Made by a program: the position numbers and the translations under genes. Below are positions 60,685 to 64,000 of a DNA stretch of 64,000 bases, one piece after another. The notes under the pieces were generated by a model, which saw nothing but the letters and a program-made list of their open reading frames with translations, made no database searches and was not told the DNA's origin. The DNA comes from a candidate division WOR-3 bacterium (GTDB lineage: Bacteria; Hydrothermota; Tepidihabitantia; Tepidihabitantales; Tepidihabitantaceae), in contig JANLFQ010000003.1 in NCBI GenBank assembly GCA_024653355.1, positions 6,931-70,930 of the forward strand, read 5' to 3'. Within the stretch, counting starts at the first letter, position 1. Each line of letters starts with the position of its first letter.

Positions 60685-63276
60685 ATGAACCATCGGGAGT
60701 TGCGTCGAACATTTCTTGAGTTTTATGCCCAGCGGGAGCACAAGATTGTGCCCAGTTCATCTCTGATTCCCAAGGACGACCCAACGCTTTTGTTTACGAG
60801 CGCGGGAATGGTGCAGTTTAAGGCGCTGTGGGCGGGTGCGGTGGAGTTACCGTACCGGCGGGCGTGCTCAATCCAGAAGTGTCTAAGGGCATCTGATTTG
60901 GAAAAGGTTGGGAAGACACCAAGACACTGCACATTTTTTGAGATGCTGGGCAACTTTTCGTTTGGCGACTATTTTAAGGCGGAGGCAATTCCCTGGGCAT
61001 GGGAGTATTTAACACAGGTGGTGAAACTCGACCCGGCAAAACTTTATGTCTCAGTTTTTGAGGATGATGAGGAGGCTTATGAGGTGTGGCATAAGAAGGT
61101 GGGGTTGCCTGAGAAGAAGATTTATCGGCTGGGTGAGAAGGACAATTTCTGGGGTCCAGCAGGCGGAACTGGTGCCTGCGGTCCCTGTTCCGAGATTTAT
61201 GTTGACCTGGGTCCGGAGTTCGGTTGCGGCAAGGACAGTTGCGGGCCCGGTTGCGATTGCGACCGATTTTCTGAGGTTTACAACATCGTGTTTCCCCAGT
61301 TTAATCAGTTGCCTGATGGCAAGCGCGAGCCGTTGAAGAACCGGGGTATTGACACCGGTATGGGGCTGGAGCGCCTGGCGATGGTTTCCCAGGGTAAGAG
61401 GACGATTTTTGACACCGACCTGTTTTTGCCGCTGGTGCGGGCAACCGAGGAGATTCTGGGCAAGGGTTTAGACGCCGAAAACCGGCAGATGTTTTATGTC
61501 GCGGTGGACCATGCCCGGGCTTTGACCTTTGCGATTACCGATGGTGCAATTCCTTCCAATGAGGGCCGGGGTTATGTGTTGCGGAATATTCTGCGCCGTG
61601 CTTTGCTGTTTGCGTTTCGTGGCGGGGTGCAGGAACCGTTTCTTTTTCGGGTGTGTGGCGCGGTGGTCGAGTTGATGCGTCAGTTTTATCCGGAGTTGAC
61701 CGCAAAACGGGAGCAGGTTGCCTTGATTGTTCGTGCCGAGGAGGAGCGGTTTTTGCGGACGCTGGCGGCGGGATTGGAGCGCTGGGAAGAGACCCGGATA
61801 CGATATCAGCAGGACGGAACGATTCCGGGTGAAGAGCTTTTTAAGTTGCACGACACCTACGGGTTTCACATTGAACTGGTGGAGGAACTTGCCGCTGATG
61901 CCGGGTTGAAACTGGACCGGGCGGGTTTTGAGCGGGCGATGCAGGAGCAGAAGGAACGGAGCCGGAAGGCAACATTTATCACTACCGGGTTAGGGGGAAT
62001 ACCGGTTGAGGCGGGCACAAGCAGCGAGACGGAGTTTGTGGGGTATGAGAGCGATGAGACCGAGAGCGAACTGGTGAGTTTTGTCCGGCAGGAGGATGGG
62101 AGTTATGAGCTGGTTTTGCGCCGGACACCGTTTTACGCCGAAGCAGGAGGCCAGGTGGGCGATACCGGTCGGGTTGTGGGTGAGGGTTTTGAGTTTGAGG
62201 TGCAGGACAGTTACTTTAAGCATGGGGTGCGGGTTTTGCGGGCGGTTTTGAAATCGGGTGAGCCGAAGACCGGGGTGGTGTTTGCGGCAATTGATAAAGA
62301 GCGGCGCCGGGAGATTGAACGGGCGCACACCGCGACCCATCTTTTGCATGCGGCGCTGCGCCGGGTAGTGGGCGATTATGTAAAGCAGGAGGGTTCGCTC
62401 GTTGAGCCCGGACGATTGCGTTTTGACTTTGCCGCATTTGAACCGCTGAAGTTAGAACAGATAAACGAGGTGGAGCGGCTGGTTTATGAAGCGGTTTTGC
62501 GCGACATCAAGGTTGAGCGGCTGGTTGATGTACCTTTAGAGGAGGCAAAGCGGATGGGGGCGCTGGCGTTTTTCGGTGAGCAGTACGGCGAGCGGGTACG
62601 GGTTTTGAAGATTGGCGATTTTTCAATGGAGTTGTGCGGTGGTACCCATCTGCGCCGAACCGGAGAGGTCGGGTTGTTGCGGATAGTCGCCGAAACCGGT
62701 GTTGCCGCGGGAATCCGGCGGATTGAAGCGGTTGTGGGCCGGCAGGCGTTTGAACGGGTGAAGCGGGAAAGACAGACTCTGGACCAGATTGAGGAGCATT
62801 TGGGCGTGGGTGAGGAGGCGCTTTTCAAAAAGGTGGTGGGTTTGACCGAGGAGTTGAAGCGGGTTGAGGCAAGGGTGCGGCAGTTGTCGGCGCAACTGGC
62901 GCGCAATGCCGCCGCTGAGCTGGTAAACCGAGTTGAGACAGTTGCTGGAGTTCAAATGGTGCAGGGCGATTTTCCTTTTTTTGAGGTAGAGGAGTTGCGC
63001 ATTGTCGCCGACCGGCTGCGGGAGTTGCTGATGGGAAGTTATGCGGTTTTGTTGACCGGAGCGGTTGCCCAGGACCGGTTGCGCTTTGTGGTGATGGTGA
63101 GCCCGGATTTGCAGTCCAAACTGCCAGCAGGTAAACTGGCAAAGGTTGTGGGAAGCGCGATGGCAGGGGGTGGTGGTGGCAGGCAGGACATTGCCGAAGG
63201 AGGCGGCAGGATTGACCGGCGCGATGCGGGCCGACAGGCGCTGACACAGGCGTTGATTGATGCCCAGGCGGGATGA
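60685..63276 (+). CDS. alaS: alanine--tRNA ligase
   Basis: LRRTFLEFYAQREHKIVPSSSLIPKDDPTLLFTSAGMVQFK, FFEMLGNFSFGDYFK, editing-domain HTATHLLHAALR and CGGTH, C-terminal DHHA1-like GGGGG. Confidence 0.97.
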   Translation: MNHRELRRTFLEFYAQREHKIVPSSSLIPKDDPTLLFTSAGMVQFKALWAGAVELPYRRACSIQKCLRASDLEKVGKTPRHCTFFEMLGNFSFGDYFKAEAIPWAWEYLTQVVKLDPAKLYVSVFEDDEEAYEVWHKKVGLPEKKIYRLGEKDNFWGPAGGTGACGPCSEIYVDLGPEFGCGKDSCGPGCDCDRFSEVYNIVFPQFNQLPDGKREPLKNRGIDTGMGLERLAMVSQGKRTIFDTDLFLPLVRATEEILGKGLDAENRQMFYVAVDHARALTFAITDGAIPSNEGRGYVLRNILRRALLFAFRGGVQEPFLFRVCGAVVELMRQFYPELTAKREQVALIVRAEEERFLRTLAAGLERWEETRIRYQQDGTIPGEELFKLHDTYGFHIELVEELAADAGLKLDRAGFERAMQEQKERSRKATFITTGLGGIPVEAGTSSETEFVGYESDETESELVSFVRQEDGSYELVLRRTPFYAEAGGQVGDTGRVVGEGFEFEVQDSYFKHGVRVLRAVLKSGEPKTGVVFAAIDKERRREIERAHTATHLLHAALRRVVGDYVKQEGSLVEPGRLRFDFAAFEPLKLEQINEVERLVYEAVLRDIKVERLVDVPLEEAKRMGALAFFGEQYGERVRVLKIGDFSMELCGGTHLRRTGEVGLLRIVAETGVAAGIRRIEAVVGRQAFERVKRERQTLDQIEEHLGVGEEALFKKVVGLTEELKRVEARVRQLSAQLARNAAAELVNRVETVAGVQMVQGDFPFFEVEELRIVADRLRELLMGSYAVLLTGAVAQDRLRFVVMVSPDLQSKLPAGKLAKVVGSAMAGGGGGRQDIAEGGGRIDRRDAGRQALTQALIDAQAG

Positions 63277-64000
63277 TCAGTTGCTTTCGCCAGCAGGGTA
63301 TTGCAGTTCTAAGATTCTCTTGACAATCTCCTCGCGTTTTAGGGTGTCGGTGCGGTAGTCGGGTAAAAGGTCGTAGTTTTTGGTCATATAATCGGGCCAA
63401 AGGTAGCGTTGCTGGGTCATGAAATCCAAAGCGGAAATTGTGTCTTGGTCGCGAAGGAAGCGGGCAATCTGTTTTTCCATTTCCGGGTAGATGGGCAAGT
63501 AGCAGGATAAGGTCATTGCGTAGCGGTCCAGAGTTACGGGTCTGCCTTCGCTGACGAGAACCGCAGTCTGGATGTGGTTTGGGGTGAACTTTTGATGGCG
63601 TAACCGGCTGATGAGTTCTTTTGTTTCGGTCAGGGTGAGGTCAGTGTCGGTACCGATGATGGCGAAGAGGCGCTTGAGCAGGAGGTCAGCGATTCGGGTG
63701 TCGGCAAGACGCCAGAGGCGGATGGCGATAGTTTTGATGAAGTTGAGGGTGTTGCGACAGCGGTCAAGGTCGTCGTAGGTTAAGCCGTTGCGCTGGCGGA
63801 CAAATTTGAGCGCCTGGTCCGGGTCAGCAAGTTTTACCGTGCCCAGGGAGATGGTGCCAATGATGGAGCGGAGCAGGCGAAAGGTCATCCGGAAGGAGTC
63901 AAAGTCAAAGGCGATGAAGCGGTCGATTTTGATGCCGAGGAGGTGTTCAAGGGTACGGCGTAAAAGCGGTTCACCGCCGATTGCATAGGTGTGGGTGATT
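63277..64000 (-). CDS. LytR-CpsA-Psr (LCP) family protein; 5' end outside the window
   Basis: The minus frame is open to nt 64000 (the listed ATG at 63888 is internal). It reads ...YAIGGEPLLRRTLEHLLGIKIDRFIAFDFDSFRMTFRLL...ALKFVRQRNGLTYDDLDRCRN, matching the LCP core. Its stop abuts the alaS stop. Confidence 0.65.
   Translation of the reverse strand, partial: ITHTYAIGGEPLLRRTLEHLLGIKIDRFIAFDFDSFRMTFRLLRSIIGTISLGTVKLADPDQALKFVRQRNGLTYDDLDRCRNTLNFIKTIAIRLWRLADTRIADLLLKRLFAIIGTDTDLTLTETKELISRLRHQKFTPNHIQTAVLVSEGRPVTLDRYAMTLSCYLPIYPEMEKQIARFLRDQDTISALDFMTQQRYLWPDYMTKNYDLLPDYRTDTLKREEIVKRILELQYPAGESN

Noticed and set aside
60424-60741. 105-aa minus-strand ORF overlapping the alaS start.
   Set aside because: It overlaps the alaS 5' end in antisense, has no SD and has a featureless sequence.
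1-64000. CRISPR arrays, transposases/integrases, phage genes, toxin-antitoxin or known defence systems, rRNA/tRNA genes.
   Set aside because: I found no spaced direct-repeat arrays, no recombinase-like ORFs and no tRNA-like cloverleaf candidates in the intergenic regions. The window looks like core chromosome plus secretome genes.

Overview
Densely coding 64-kb chromosomal fragment with about 55 protein genes. I found no rRNA, tRNA, CRISPR array, transposase or integrase. Gene content points to an uncultivated anaerobic bacterium of the T9SS-bearing FCB superphylum. Eleven secreted proteins end in a Por/T9SS C-terminal sorting domain (LVIVD, BNR, SBBP, Kelch-like, CARDB-like and choice-of-anchor-like modules). 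They are interleaved with housekeeping genes: rpmA, two-subunit class-I fumarase plus a soluble SdhAB/FrdAB-like flavoenzyme, ispG, murA, recO, two CNNM genes, ybeY, phoH, P5C dehydrogenase, archaeal-type pheST, recA-recX, trxA, alaS and an LCP protein. The stand-out region is 16.7-29.5 kb, a tightly packed same-strand run. It starts with a long structured leader, a SAM methyltransferase, a 45-aa CxxC membrane peptide, two exported CxxC thioredoxin-fold proteins and selD. It continues, possibly from its own leaderless-type promoter, into a seven-gene cluster. That cluster joins a corrinoid methyltransferase set (corrinoid protein, two Zn-type MtaA/UroD-family methyltransferases, RamA/RACE-type activase) to a 2-hydroxyacyl-CoA-dehydratase/benzoyl-CoA-reductase-type heterodimer and its HgdC-type ATPase. 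I know of no characterised system with that composition. Other points are an unlisted 53-aa desulforedoxin-like Cys-rich ORF, several start codons abutting a -10 box (leaderless-looking), an orphan consensus promoter upstream of alaS, an orphan CTD relic, and module shuffling among the secreted proteins. All calls come from reading the sequence and ORF translations; no searches were run.
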